From Bacteriovoracia bacterium (GTDB lineage Bacteria; Bdellovibrionota; UBA1018; CAIPTA01): a DNA stretch of 64,000 nt. The stretch covers positions 1,198,486 to 1,262,485 of the forward strand of contig JBFWVL010000001.1 of NCBI GenBank assembly GCA_050246755.1, read 5' to 3'. A program made the translations under genes and the position numbers. This document shows positions 8,846-19,275 of this stretch, piece after piece; positions within the stretch are counted from its first letter, which is position 1, and each line of letters starts with the position of its first letter. Under the pieces are notes generated by a model. The model was given only the letters and a program-made list of their open reading frames with translations, ran no database searches and was not told the DNA's origin.

Positions 8846-10522
8846 TTAATGCAATAGCGAATCGGGAATTTGGGGCAAATCCTGCTTGAGCACCAAATTC
8901 CGGGGAAATTCGACCGTAAACTTCGAGCCTTCCCCCATTTTGCTCGAGAGAGAAATCTTTCCATGATGCTGGTCCATTATCTCGCGCACGATAAATAGTC
9001 CCAATCCCAGCCCGCTCACGTGATTGCCAGGCACGGCCCGCTCGAAGCGCTCGAAAATTCGCTTCTGGTCCGCGGGCGCGATCCCTACGCCATGGTCTTG
9101 CACCGAAATAAGAATCATTTCTCTCGAAACATTCTCTTCCACTCGAAGCTGAACGGGAGAGCCAGCGCCGTATTTACAGGAATTCGAAAGTAAATTCATC
9201 AGCACCTGAGAAATCCTAACCTTATCCGCCTGCACCATGAGTACGGGCGGAGTGCTTAATTCCAACTCCGAGCCTGCCGAATGAAACTCCGCCGCCATTT
9301 GATTCGCAATTTCCTTGATGAGCACCACTAAATCGAATTGCTCCAGGTGAAGGCGGAATTTCCCCGTTTCGATCCTACCGATATCGAGCATATCCTCGAT
9401 CAGGCGGGAAAGACGCATGATTTGGCGCTCGGCCAGATCGAAAAACTGCGCCATTTTCGGATCCCGATTTTCGGAATCACTCTGTTTGGCCCGAAAACGC
9501 CTTTGCATCTGCACTTGCATCTTTAAACTGGTCAGCGGGGTTTTTAATTCATGGCTGGCAATGGAAAGAAATTCATCGCGGGCATGTACGGCGCGCTCTA
9601 AGCTTTTCGCGTGAAACTCCAAATCGCTCAGAAACTTTTGCTCGGCGGCAACCTTTTCTTCGAAGGCATAATTCAAGGCGCGGCCACTACGATAGATAAG
9701 GATGGAAAACAGAACCATATAGGAAATTACAGAGATAGACGTGCCCTGGGATAAATCATAATAACCGGCTCGCTGGCCATAGAGCCTCACGGCCCCGATT
9801 AAAGGTGGCAAGAAAATAGCCATGGGCAAAAGACGACGAATCGCCATTCCACCCGGCGTTTGGCTGGTAACCAAGCGCAGAATGCTGGATCTTCCGCCCA
9901 CGATCAGCCCCGCGAAAGCCAACAGCAGCAGACAGACGGCGGTATACGGCGAAATTCGAATGAAGGGCCCGACTTTATAAAGGGCGGATACGCCTAAGAT
10001 ATACCCGTTGATCGCGAAAATAGAGATGAGCATCAGCACGATGGTGAGCGCCTGGTGTAGCCAGGCAATGAAGGGCCGCGCACTAAAGGCGAGTAATGTG
10101 AGAGAGCCGAGCAAAAAAATTCCACCCGCTGCAATCGGCGACATCCTTCCAGGGTAAAGGGCGCTCTCCGCGTTGCCCACATCACGCACAATAAATTCGT
10201 CGATACCCAAGCTTCGATCAGTCCAGTATTCCATCAAAGTGGCGGCGCCCACGCAAACGGCAAAGAAGCCAAGAAAAAATATCGGAAGCCGCCAGCGGTT
10301 CGCGCCTTCTTTGCCTTTAGTATAACAAAGCAGAAACATCGCTACCGCGCAGGTCGTAAGGCAGAGGCTGGTATTGGGCTTCATCGACATACCGGCGAGA
10401 TTCCGCCAGGCCTGGGCCGAAGAGCTAAGCCAAATCATCAAGAAAAAAGAGCTAATAACGAAAGACGCCGCAACTGCTACTTGGCAGACGCGGCGTAAAT
10501 CAATAAAGGATTCTTTTTCCAT
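8846..10522 (-). CDS. Membrane-integrated sensor histidine kinase (polytopic N-terminal sensor, HisKA, HATPase_c)
   Basis: 558 aa; multiple hydrophobic helices in the N-terminal ~300 aa, H-box IASHELKTPLTSLK, G-box GLGLGLFIVREIMDQHHG. Confidence 0.8.
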   Translation of the reverse strand: MEKESFIDLRRVCQVAVAASFVISSFFLMIWLSSSAQAWRNLAGMSMKPNTSLCLTTCAVAMFLLCYTKGKEGANRWRLPIFFLGFFAVCVGAATLMEYWTDRSLGIDEFIVRDVGNAESALYPGRMSPIAAGGIFLLGSLTLLAFSARPFIAWLHQALTIVLMLISIFAINGYILGVSALYKVGPFIRISPYTAVCLLLLAFAGLIVGGRSSILRLVTSQTPGGMAIRRLLPMAIFLPPLIGAVRLYGQRAGYYDLSQGTSISVISYMVLFSILIYRSGRALNYAFEEKVAAEQKFLSDLEFHAKSLERAVHARDEFLSIASHELKTPLTSLKMQVQMQRRFRAKQSDSENRDPKMAQFFDLAERQIMRLSRLIEDMLDIGRIETGKFRLHLEQFDLVVLIKEIANQMAAEFHSAGSELELSTPPVLMVQADKVRISQVLMNLLSNSCKYGAGSPVQLRVEENVSREMILISVQDHGVGIAPADQKRIFERFERAVPGNHVSGLGLGLFIVREIMDQHHGKISLSSKMGEGSKFTVEFPRNLVLKQDLPQIPDSLLH

Positions 10523-10534
10523 GGAGGGTTAAAA

Positions 10535-12343
10535 TTAGCCGTCCACGAAACTCTTGAGCAGACGAGCACGCGAGGAATGGCGAAGCTTACGCAACGCCTT
10601 CGCCTCGATCTGACGGATACGCTCCCTCGTCACGAAGAAGTCCTGGCCCACTTCCTCGAGGGTATGATCGCTCTTCTCGCCGATACCGAAACGCATGCGC
10701 AATACCTTCTCTTCACGAGGCGTGAGAGTGGCGAGGACGCGACGGGTCTGTTCGGAGAGGTTGATATTGATCACGGCCTCAGCGGGGTTAATGATGTTTT
10801 TGTCCTCGATGAAATCGCCCAAGTAAGAATCTTCGTCTTCCCCGATAGGAGTCTCGAGGGAGATCGGCTCTTTTGCGATCTTAAGAACCTTGCGAACCTT
10901 ATCCACCGGCATATCCATCTTCTCGGCGATTTCTTCCGGAGTGGCCTCACGGCCGAGCTGCTGTACTAGCTGACGCGAAGTGCGCACTAGCTTATTGATC
11001 GTCTCGATCATGTGCACGGGAATACGAATGGTACGAGCCTGGTCGGCGATCGCGCGGGTAATTGCCTGACGAATCCACCAGGTGGCGTAGGTAGAGAACT
11101 TATAACCGCGGCGGTATTCGAATTTATCCACGGCCTTCATCAAACCGATATTTCCTTCCTGGATGAGATCCAAGAACTGCAAGCCGCGGTTAGTGTATTT
11201 TTTTGCGATCGATACCACGAGGCGCAAGTTCGCTTCCACGAGCTCGCTCTTGGCGTGGTCGGCGCGCTGCTCGCCCTGCATGGCTACGTCGTAGATGTCC
11301 TTCAGGGAGTTAATGTCTACGCCGGAGGTGTGCTCCACCTCGGTTACGCGGGCAAAGCCCTGCTCGTAAGAAGCGGCCATCTGCTCGAACTTCTGCGCAG
11401 TGATGTCTTGCTCTTTCAAAAGCGTGATTTTCGTACGGTCGTCGCCTTCGCGGTAGGTGGCAACGAGCTTCATGAAATCAGTGTGGGTTTTTTGGTCGTA
11501 GAATTTAAGCGTGCGCTCTTGCTCGCTGCGAATAGTAACCGTCTCTTGGTAGGCGGATTTAATCGCATCAAGGAGCATGTTGATCGTCTTGCGGTTAAAG
11601 GAGATGAGGAGGAATTGTTTAATTACCTCGTTCTTCTTCTTTGCCATGTCTTTTTCGATCTTCTGCTTATCCTTGGCGGCGATGGAGGGATTCAGGTACG
11701 TCGCTTTTACTTTTTTAAAGTGGTCGAGCTGGCTTTTTAGCGCATTCATCGACTGGAGAAGGCGCTGCTGGTGGGCCTTTTCATCTTCTTCGGAGATTTC
11801 TTCGTCCACGCCGCGAATCATGTCCTTCACGCGAATCTGACCGTCTTGTACTTTTTGCGAAAGACCCAAGATTGCGTCCACGCCGATCTGGCAGCTCATG
11901 AGTGCGGAAACGATTTGTTCCTCACCCTGCTCAATACGTTTAGCAATTTCCACTTCGCCTTCGCGAGTCAGCAGGGAAACGGAACCCATCTTGCGGAGAT
12001 AAAGTTTTACGGGATCAATCGAGCGAACGCTGGCTTCTTCTTCTTTTTGCTTCTTCTTGAGGAACTCGTCAAGCTCCACGCCCTCGTCTTCGTCGTCACC
12101 GTCGTCGGCGCCCTTGGCCTTCACGGTTTCATCCACCTCGATATCGTTATCGAGCAAGAACTCCATCACCGCGTCCACGCGGGGAGCGTCTTGAATGTCT
12201 GCGGGAACAAGATCGTTCACTTCTTCGTAAGTAAGAACGCCGCGAACCTTTCCCAACTCAAGGATTTTTTTCAAAACCTTCGCAGCGAGAAAATCGGCGG
12301 CTTGCATTTTTGTCTTGTTGTCGGCCATTCGCAATGTCTCCAA
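10535..12343 (-). CDS. rpoD: RNA polymerase primary sigma factor (sigma-70)
   Basis: 602 aa; acidic region 1.1, region 2 [54 protein letters not shown], region 4 helix-turn-helix near the C-terminus. Confidence 0.95.
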   Translation of the reverse strand: METLRMADNKTKMQAADFLAAKVLKKILELGKVRGVLTYEEVNDLVPADIQDAPRVDAVMEFLLDNDIEVDETVKAKGADDGDDEDEGVELDEFLKKKQKEEEASVRSIDPVKLYLRKMGSVSLLTREGEVEIAKRIEQGEEQIVSALMSCQIGVDAILGLSQKVQDGQIRVKDMIRGVDEEISEEDEKAHQQRLLQSMNALKSQLDHFKKVKATYLNPSIAAKDKQKIEKDMAKKKNEVIKQFLLISFNRKTINMLLDAIKSAYQETVTIRSEQERTLKFYDQKTHTDFMKLVATYREGDDRTKITLLKEQDITAQKFEQMAASYEQGFARVTEVEHTSGVDINSLKDIYDVAMQGEQRADHAKSELVEANLRLVVSIAKKYTNRGLQFLDLIQEGNIGLMKAVDKFEYRRGYKFSTYATWWIRQAITRAIADQARTIRIPVHMIETINKLVRTSRQLVQQLGREATPEEIAEKMDMPVDKVRKVLKIAKEPISLETPIGEDEDSYLGDFIEDKNIINPAEAVININLSEQTRRVLATLTPREEKVLRMRFGIGEKSDHTLEEVGQDFFVTRERIRQIEAKALRKLRHSSRARLLKSFVDG

Positions 12344-12345
12344 AA

Positions 12346-14226
12346 TTATTTCCCTGCCCTTTGGCGCCGGAGCTCAATGAGCTTCACAAACGCTTGTTCG
12401 CTTTCTTCCGCGTTACCTTCGCGGATGAGTTGCTGTAGATTCGCTTCCTGCCGCCTCAATGCTTCGTCCTTCAGCCGGTGAATTGCCGCGGCCACATCGG
12501 GCGCCGAGAGCGCGTCGTCTGCAGCCACCAGCGCTTCGGCAACCAAATTCCTAATCAGCGGTTGTTCGCGAACATCTTCCCGCAATCGCTGCAATCTGCT
12601 TTCTTCGGTTTCGCCCGGAGTAAGGGGTTCGAAAAGAAGAGCGAATGCTTGCTGAATCTGGGGATCACTCACAAAGGGTAAAACTTCTCCGGATTCATGC
12701 TGGCGCAATTCTGAAATCCGGGAGGGATGTTTCACAAGACCGCTCAAAAACCTCCGCTCAAAGCCAACGTCTTTCTTAACACTACGTGCTTGAATTTGCC
12801 TGCTTTTTTCAATTATTGCCGGCCTTTTTTGGAAGCCATTTGCCTCGAAGTTCGGCCCGGAACTTGCTTTCTCCTGGCTCGAAACAAAACCTTTTCTGTA
12901 GCGACGTATAGCGTCCGTCAACAATTCTAGTTCAATGCCGAGCCCCTTCGCTACGCCAGGCAAGCGCGCCTGAATCCACAACTCGTCGCGTAATTTCGCG
13001 AGTTTACTGGCTATTTTGTCGAGAATTTCCGTGCGCGCCTGAAGACTATTGGGGGCATCGGCGATTCTTTTCTCTATCCAGAGGTCGAGGGCGGCGGGTG
13101 CGTTCTGCAAAATTCCCGCCATCTGGAGGGCTCCATCGTCGTGGGCACGCAAAAATTCGTCGGGATCTTTCCCATCGGGAAGGCGGGCCATCAAAAGGGG
13201 AAAGCCCTCGTTGTCGAGAAAAAGGTTCATGGCGCGCTCGGTGGCCGCCTTGCCCGCATTGTCGGAGTCGTAGAGACAAATAACCCGGGGCGCGAGCTTA
13301 CGCAGAGCGGAGGCTTGGTTGCGAGTGAGGGCCGTGCCGCAATTGGCAACCACATTGGAAAAACCGGCCTGAACTAACGATAAACAATCCATGTAACCCT
13401 CGACGAGGACTACGGCTTCGAGCTCACGAATCGATTTCTTCGCCTGATCCAGATTATAAAGAACTTTTTCTTTTTCGTAGACGACGGACTCCGGGCTGTT
13501 CAAGTACTTCGGAGCATCCGCGCCATTTGCGCCGAGCCAGCGGCCGCCAAAACCCAGAACTTCGCCATTAAGGTCCCGAATGGGAAAAATAAGGCGGTTC
13601 CGGAAAGTATCGAACAAATTCGAGCCGTCCTCTTTGGGCGGCTCTCCGCCCTTGGTGCGAAAAAGCCCAAGCGCGTGGGCCTTGATCATCGGCGCTTGAA
13701 TTTTCAAAAAATAGTCGCGCAGGGACGTCCAGGACTCGGGCGCGTAGCCGATGGCAAATCCGAGCATCGATTCCGGGTTGATTCCGCGCTTTAGCACGTA
13801 ATCCCGCGCGGGGCCGCCCTCTGGGCCCTCGAGAGTTTCCTGATAAAAACGAGCCGCAAAGCGATTGAGCTTCAGGAGTTGCTTTTTCTCTTCGGCGGCC
13901 TGGCGATCCTGGGCCAGCTGTTCAGGCGTCCGCTTTTCGTCATCAAGCTGAAGGCCCGCTTTGGCCGCCAAAAATTCGATCGCTTCGCGGAAAGAAAACC
14001 CCTTCGTGAGCTCGATGAAGGTGATGATATCGCCGCCCTGATTGGTAGAATAGCAGTAGAAACCCTGGTTCTCTGGATTCACGAAAAACGAAGGAGATTT
14101 TTCTTTGGAAAAAGGAGAGAGGCCAGTGAGGTATTTGCCAGATCGGCGCAGCTGTACCGTTTCCGACACCAGTTGCACGATGTCGATCGATTCCTTCAGC
14201 TTTGCGATGAACTCCTTACTGGCCAT
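12346..14226 (-). CDS. dnaG: DNA primase
   Basis: 626 aa; N-terminal primase zinc-binding-domain region and TOPRIM core ([24 protein letters not shown]). Immediately upstream of rpoD. Confidence 0.85.
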   Translation of the reverse strand: MASKEFIAKLKESIDIVQLVSETVQLRRSGKYLTGLSPFSKEKSPSFFVNPENQGFYCYSTNQGGDIITFIELTKGFSFREAIEFLAAKAGLQLDDEKRTPEQLAQDRQAAEEKKQLLKLNRFAARFYQETLEGPEGGPARDYVLKRGINPESMLGFAIGYAPESWTSLRDYFLKIQAPMIKAHALGLFRTKGGEPPKEDGSNLFDTFRNRLIFPIRDLNGEVLGFGGRWLGANGADAPKYLNSPESVVYEKEKVLYNLDQAKKSIRELEAVVLVEGYMDCLSLVQAGFSNVVANCGTALTRNQASALRKLAPRVICLYDSDNAGKAATERAMNLFLDNEGFPLLMARLPDGKDPDEFLRAHDDGALQMAGILQNAPAALDLWIEKRIADAPNSLQARTEILDKIASKLAKLRDELWIQARLPGVAKGLGIELELLTDAIRRYRKGFVSSQEKASSGPNFEANGFQKRPAIIEKSRQIQARSVKKDVGFERRFLSGLVKHPSRISELRQHESGEVLPFVSDPQIQQAFALLFEPLTPGETEESRLQRLREDVREQPLIRNLVAEALVAADDALSAPDVAAAIHRLKDEALRRQEANLQQLIREGNAEESEQAFVKLIELRRQRAGK

Positions 14227-14233
14227 GAAAGCC

Positions 14234-14689
14234 TTAAGGCTGTAACAGCGCGAGCTTCTTTTTCACGGTTTCGCTGATTACGGACCCTTCCGCACGCCCG
14301 GCCACTTTCGCGCCCACGGCTTTCATCACGGCGCCCATATCGCGCATACTTTTTGCGCCCGTTTCTGCAATGGCCGCATCTACGAGCAAAGCAAGCTCAT
14401 CGGCGCCCATCTGCTCGGGGAGAAAGCTCTGGATGAGCTTCAATTCGGACTCTTCCTTCACGGCAAGATCCTCCCGGCCGCCTTTGCGAAACTGCTCGAT
14501 GGAATCCCGGCGCTGCTTGGCGAGGTTCATCAAAATAGGAATTACGGCGGCATCGTCCATTTCTTTACGCGTATCCACTTCAATTTTTTTGATGGCGGCC
14601 TGGATGAAACGGATGGCGCCGAGCTTTTCCGCTTCTTTGGCCTTCATCGACGTAATCATGGCTTCCTTGAGGCGATCTTTAATGCTCAT
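14234..14689 (-). CDS. GatB/YqeY domain protein
   Basis: ORF 14234..14746; start taken at internal Met (MSIKDRLKEAM...). Placed between rpsU and dnaG as in many macromolecular-synthesis operons. Confidence 0.75.
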   Translation of the reverse strand: MSIKDRLKEAMITSMKAKEAEKLGAIRFIQAAIKKIEVDTRKEMDDAAVIPILMNLAKQRRDSIEQFRKGGREDLAVKEESELKLIQSFLPEQMGADELALLVDAAIAETGAKSMRDMGAVMKAVGAKVAGRAEGSVISETVKKKLALLQP

Positions 14690-14787
14690 GGGCACTCCTT
14701 CATAACGGTGAGATAGGAAATATGGGAATAAAATAAAGAAGGGCAAGACCGCGAAGCCTTGCCCATACTTATTGTTTACAATCTGAA

Positions 14788-14991
14788 CTAGAAGCTAGGG
14801 CGACGGCCTTTTTTCTCCGAACGCTTGCGGGCGGCCAAAGATTTTTTCTTGCGGCGAACGCTGGGCTTTTCGTAATGCTCACGCTTACGAACTTCGGAAA
14901 GAATACCGGCTTTTTCACAAAGCTTTTTGAAACGCTTAATGGCGTTTTCGAAGGACTCGCCTTCGTTTACGCGAATGGTAGGTTTTTCCAT
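14788..14991 (-). CDS. rpsU: 30S ribosomal protein S21
   Basis: 67 aa, [50 protein letters not shown]..., basic C-terminus; characteristic S21. Confidence 0.9.
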   Translation of the reverse strand: MEKPTIRVNEGESFENAIKRFKKLCEKAGILSEVRKREHYEKPSVRRKKKSLAARKRSEKKGRRPSF

Positions 14992-15022
14992 AATTAAAGA
15001 TCACCCCGCTTTCAGAGTCCCC

Positions 15023-15051
15023 AACTTAGTGGCTAGGAAGCGAGATGTCAA
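15023..15051 (-). promoter_or_regulatory. Candidate sigma-70 promoter for the rpsU-yqeY-dnaG-rpoD operon (TTGACA-N17-TAAGTT on minus strand)
   Basis: Minus strand reads TTGACA (15051..15046), 17-nt spacer, TAAGTT (15028..15023), about 30 nt upstream of the rpsU ATG. Confidence 0.4.
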
Positions 15052-15053
15052 TT

Positions 15054-15416
15054 TCACATGGTTTTTACGCTATAGCCAAAGGCCCGAATCCGGCCCAAAT
15101 CCATCTCAGAGATCTCGAGATCTACGGTTTTCCCGGTAGGTGCGCCGCATTTGGTAACGCGCATGCGCCCATCCGTGCCGCTCCTAGCATTAAAAACTAC
15201 CACCCCGGCTGCAGTTACCTCTTGGGCCGCCGCTTTAGGTGTGAGCTTAGAAGGACTTTCACATTGCTTAGAACCATCAGCCTTAGAAACCCAAACGCGA
15301 TTATCGCTCTCTTTTTTCACTTTCACCTCCCAGCGATTTTCGGATTTTTGCACCGCGCTAGTGCAGGCGGCAAAGGCCAGGAATGCCAGGAAAGAAAACA
15401 GATAAGAAAAACGCAT
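15054..15416 (-). CDS. Small putative lipoprotein, unknown function
   Basis: 120 aa; N-terminus MRFSYLFSFLAFLAFAAC resembles a lipoprotein signal peptide with lipobox cysteine. Overlapping plus-strand ORF 15045..15455 is Arg-rich with no features. Confidence 0.5.
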   Translation of the reverse strand: MRFSYLFSFLAFLAFAACTSAVQKSENRWEVKVKKESDNRVWVSKADGSKQCESPSKLTPKAAAQEVTAAGVVVFNARSGTDGRMRVTKCGAPTGKTVDLEISEMDLGRIRAFGYSVKTM

Positions 15417-15601
15417 AGTCCTCCTAGAAATTCAGTACTTGAAGCGAAAAGATAGCATCATTTTGCGGGTATAGGCAAAGCTGGCCTGGGCTTAAAAACG
15501 GCGCTATGATCGCCAAATCCATTTCTACCTATAGCCCCGCGGCCCCGCTTCAACAAAACGGCCGCAATTGGGGCAATACAGAAACGGCTAAAAGAGGAAC
15601 T

Positions 15602-17902
15602 ATGTCGCTAGAACAAGACGCGCTCGAGTACCATTCACGAGACCCCAAAGGGAAAATTGAAGTTGTCCCCACTAAGCCCTGCTTCACGGCCCGAGACCTC
15701 ACTCTTGCCTACTCGCCCGGCGTAGCAATTCCCTGCAACGTAATCGCCGCCAATCCCGATGCGGTTTACGAATACACCAGCAAGGGCAACCTTGTGGCCG
15801 TGCTTTCCAATGGAACGGCAGTGCTCGGGCTGGGAAATATCGGCCCCCTCGCCGCCAAGCCGGTGATGGAAGGGAAGGGAATTCTTTTCAAAAAATTCGC
15901 CAATATCAACGTGTTCGATATCGAGCTCAATGCTCCCGATCCCGACGATGTGATCAAAGCCTGCAAAATGCTGGAGCCCACGTTCGGCGGCATCAATCTC
16001 GAAGATATCAAAGCCCCAGAGTGCTTCTACATCGAAGAAACGCTGAAGAAAGAACTGAATATTCCGGTTTTCCACGACGACCAGCATGGCACCGCCGTGA
16101 TTTCGGCGGCCGCGTTTGCGAACGCCATTGAGATCATCGGTAAAGATCCCGCCAAGATGAAAGTGGTTTTCTCCGGCGGCGGTGCGGCCGCGATGGCGTG
16201 CGCCAACATGTATCTGAACATGGGCATTCGAAAAGAAAATCTTACCATGTGCGACTCCAAAGGAGTGATCTATAAAGGCCGCACCGAAGGGATGAACCCC
16301 TATAAAGAACGTTTCGCGATCGACACCAAGAAACGCACGCTGGCTGAAGCAATGGAGGGCGCGGATGCGTTCGTGGGGGTTTCCGTAAAAGGGGCCGTTA
16401 CTTCCGCAATGGTAAAAAGCATGGCAAAGGACCCCATCATCTTTGCGATGGCGAATCCAGATCCCGAAATTCTACCCGAAGAAATTCTAAAGGTGCGCTC
16501 CGACGCGATCATCGCCACCGGCCGCTCCGACTACGTGAACCAGGTAAATAACGTACTCTGCTTCCCCTTCATGTTCCGCGGCGCCCTCGACGTACGTGCC
16601 CGACAGATCAACGAAGAAATGAAAGTGGCCGCCGCCAAAGCCCTCGCTGCCCTTGCCAAAGAACCGGTTCCCGAAATGGTATCGGCCGCTTACGGTGGAA
16701 ATAAGTTTTCATTCGGCCGAGAGTATTTAATTCCCAAGCCCTTCGACCCCCGCGTCCTTCTCTGGGTTGCCCCTGCGGTGGCGAAAGCTGCGTCCGATAC
16801 CGGCGTGGCCCGTTTTCCGATTACCGATGTCGAAGCCTACAAGGAAAGCCTCGAGAGCCTGATGGGCAACCGCTACGTGGTGATGCGCACCTTGCGCAAT
16901 ACCGTGAAGCGCGCGGCCGAAAGCAAAAAATATCTCCCGAAGATCGTATTTGCCGAAGGCGAAAACGAAACCATCCTCAAAGCCGCGCAAATCGTGCTCG
17001 AAGAAAAAATCGCGATCCCGGTCCTCCTCGGAGATCCCACGCTGATTCGCCAGCGCATCCAAACATATAAGCTCGATGGCCTACAAAACGTGCAGATCGA
17101 GGATCCTATTCATTCCGATAAGACCGAGCGTTACGCCAAAACCCTGCTGCAGAAGCGGCAACGCAAAGGAATGACCCCTGTTCGTTCCGAGCGGATCATG
17201 AAAAATCGCAACTATTACGGCCCCATGATGGTGGAAATTGGCGAAGCCGATGGCGTGCTCAACGGATTGACCCAGAGTTATCCGGATACCATCCGCCCCA
17301 TGCTCCATACGATTGGAACTAAACCCGGCCAGCGCGTGGCGGGAATTTACATGATGATCTTCAAATCCCGGGTAATGTTCTTCGCGGACACTACGGTGAA
17401 CACCGGAATGGGTGCCGACGAACTTGCGTCCGTGGCGATCGAAACTGCCAATATGGCTCAACAGTACCTCCAAACGCCCGCACGCGTGGCGATGCTTTCC
17501 TATTCAAACTTCGGATCGGCCCCCACCGCTTCCAGCCAAATGATGAAGCAGGCCGTGGCGATCGCGAAAAAACGGCGCCCAGATTTAATTATTGACGGAG
17601 AAATGCAAGTCGAACCCGCGGTGGACGAGAAAATCGCGTCCGAATTCTTCCCCTTCTCCGCTATTCAGGGCGATGCCAACGTGCTAATTTTCCCCAACCT
17701 TTCCTCGGCCAATATCGCCTACAAACTGTTACAACGCCTTGGCGGCGCCGAAGCGATCGGCCCGATCTTGATCGGAATGAATAAGCCCGTGAACGTAATC
17801 CCCACCGGGGCCGACGTGCAAGACGTGGTAAACATCGCCATTTTCACTTCGATCGCCATCCAGAATACCCGCGAACAGCAAGCCCAAATAGGACACTCAT
17901 GA
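15602..17902 (+). CDS. maeB: NADP-dependent malic enzyme (malic enzyme domain plus C-terminal phosphotransacetylase-like domain)
   Basis: ORF 15506..17902; start taken at ATG 15602 (AGAGGA 5 nt upstream). N-terminal malic-enzyme motifs ([30 protein letters not shown]) and C-terminal PTA-like domain. Confidence 0.85.
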   Translation: MSLEQDALEYHSRDPKGKIEVVPTKPCFTARDLTLAYSPGVAIPCNVIAANPDAVYEYTSKGNLVAVLSNGTAVLGLGNIGPLAAKPVMEGKGILFKKFANINVFDIELNAPDPDDVIKACKMLEPTFGGINLEDIKAPECFYIEETLKKELNIPVFHDDQHGTAVISAAAFANAIEIIGKDPAKMKVVFSGGGAAAMACANMYLNMGIRKENLTMCDSKGVIYKGRTEGMNPYKERFAIDTKKRTLAEAMEGADAFVGVSVKGAVTSAMVKSMAKDPIIFAMANPDPEILPEEILKVRSDAIIATGRSDYVNQVNNVLCFPFMFRGALDVRARQINEEMKVAAAKALAALAKEPVPEMVSAAYGGNKFSFGREYLIPKPFDPRVLLWVAPAVAKAASDTGVARFPITDVEAYKESLESLMGNRYVVMRTLRNTVKRAAESKKYLPKIVFAEGENETILKAAQIVLEEKIAIPVLLGDPTLIRQRIQTYKLDGLQNVQIEDPIHSDKTERYAKTLLQKRQRKGMTPVRSERIMKNRNYYGPMMVEIGEADGVLNGLTQSYPDTIRPMLHTIGTKPGQRVAGIYMMIFKSRVMFFADTTVNTGMGADELASVAIETANMAQQYLQTPARVAMLSYSNFGSAPTASSQMMKQAVAIAKKRRPDLIIDGEMQVEPAVDEKIASEFFPFSAIQGDANVLIFPNLSSANIAYKLLQRLGGAEAIGPILIGMNKPVNVIPTGADVQDVVNIAIFTSIAIQNTREQQAQIGHS

Positions 17903-18285
17903 AGCAAGTAATCGCCAGTAAGAATGCCCCCGCCGCCATCGGCCCCTACTCACAAGCTATCGCGGTGGAAGGCGCTAAGCGCATGGTGTTTCTTTCCGGG
18001 CAAATAGGGCTAGATCCGACCACCGGCCAGCTCGTTACGGGCGGAATTGATGCCGAAACCAAACAAGTGATGAAAAATATCGAAGCCCTTCTCAAAGAGT
18101 GCAACGCCTCTTTTGCCCAGGTAGTGAAGAGCACGATTTTTTTGAAAGATTTTAACGATTTCACCGTCGTGAACCAGATCTACGGGTCCCATTTTCCGAA
18201 GGAGCCGCCGGCGCGTTCCACCGTGGAAGTAGCGCGTCTGCCCCGCGATGCCAAGATTGAGATCGAGTGCCTCGTAGCGCTTTAA
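17899..18285 (+). CDS. ridA: RidA/YjgF family enamine/imine deaminase
   Basis: 128 aa; APAAIGPYSQA...FLSGQIG...ARSTVEVARLPRDAKIEIE, classic YjgF/RidA signature. ATGA overlap with maeB stop. Confidence 0.85.
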   Translation: MKQVIASKNAPAAIGPYSQAIAVEGAKRMVFLSGQIGLDPTTGQLVTGGIDAETKQVMKNIEALLKECNASFAQVVKSTIFLKDFNDFTVVNQIYGSHFPKEPPARSTVEVARLPRDAKIEIECLVAL

Positions 18286-18387
18286 CCTGCTGAAATCAGC
18301 GGCATATATTCATTTACATCCCAAAAGGATTCGCATTTATTTTAGCGAAATACCTGTTATCGTGAGCTCCGGAATACGGGAGAAAAA

Positions 18388-19275
18388 ATGGTCGTTTTCA
18401 AACCAAAGATTTTCGGGATCGTGATCAAACATAACGTGCCTAAGGCTACCAAGCTCGCGCTGGAAGTAGCGGCCTGGCTCGAAAAGAAAAAATGTAAAGT
18501 TATCGTGGCCGACGAAGCCAAATCTTTTATCGAAAAGAAAAAGAGCGTAAAGGCTGTTCCCAAAGAAGAGCTCCCGGCCAATTGCGATATGGTGATCGTA
18601 TTCGGCGGAGACGGAACATTCCTCTCCATCGCTCGCCAGATGATCTGGAAATCTATCCCGATCTTAGGCGTTAACTTGGGCACCCTCGGTTTTCTTACCG
18701 AAGTAAAAGTCGACGAAGTATACGAAACGCTCGAAGGGGTGTTGAAGGGCAAATACAGCGTGCAGGAACGCTCGATGCTCGAAGCCTGCGTAAAACGCGG
18801 CGGAAAAGAATTGTTCTGCCTGCCCGTACTGAACGACGTGGTGATCACCAAAAGCGCGATCGCCCGCGTGATCGATTTCCAGCTTTCTCTGAATGGCGTG
18901 CCGGTAGCCCTGCTTAAGGCAGATGGTTTGATCGCCGCCACTCCCACCGGATCCACGGCTTATTCTCTGGCCGCCGGCGGACCAATCGTGCACCCCCAAG
19001 TGGGCGGCATGGTAATCGTGGCGATCTGCCCGCATAGCCTGAATGTCCGCCCCCTGGTGATCCCCGAAGACGCCAACGTGGAAGTGGAGTTGATGAAGAA
19101 GGACGGGGATATCATGCTCACTCTCGATGGCCAGTTCGGCTACGAACTCCACCAAGGCGATAAAATCCTGATCACCAAGTACAAAAGGCACTCTCTGCTC
19201 GTGGTACAATCTCCGCGACGGGATTATTTCGAACTGTTGCGCACTAAGCTATCGCTGGGTTCGCGGAGGGAATAA
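18388..19275 (+). CDS. nadK: NAD(+) kinase
   Basis: 295 aa; GGDGTFL motif, NDVVI, and C-terminal conserved DGQ region typical of NadK/PpnK. Confidence 0.85.
   Translation: MVVFKPKIFGIVIKHNVPKATKLALEVAAWLEKKKCKVIVADEAKSFIEKKKSVKAVPKEELPANCDMVIVFGGDGTFLSIARQMIWKSIPILGVNLGTLGFLTEVKVDEVYETLEGVLKGKYSVQERSMLEACVKRGGKELFCLPVLNDVVITKSAIARVIDFQLSLNGVPVALLKADGLIAATPTGSTAYSLAAGGPIVHPQVGGMVIVAICPHSLNVRPLVIPEDANVEVELMKKDGDIMLTLDGQFGYELHQGDKILITKYKRHSLLVVQSPRRDYFELLRTKLSLGSRRE

Noticed and set aside
11012-12481. Plus-strand ORFs (242, 87, 236 aa) antisense to rpoD and dnaG
   Set aside because: They overlap strongly supported genes on the opposite strand and have no recognizable motifs.
15045-15455. 136-aa plus-strand ORF overlapping the small lipoprotein gene
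   Set aside because: No signal peptide or motifs; the minus-strand ORF has a clear lipoprotein signal peptide, so that one was kept.
18286-18387. Terminator hairpin after ridA (GCTGA..TCAGC)
   Set aside because: Stem is only 5 bp with a 2-nt loop and no clean T-tract; too weak to call.
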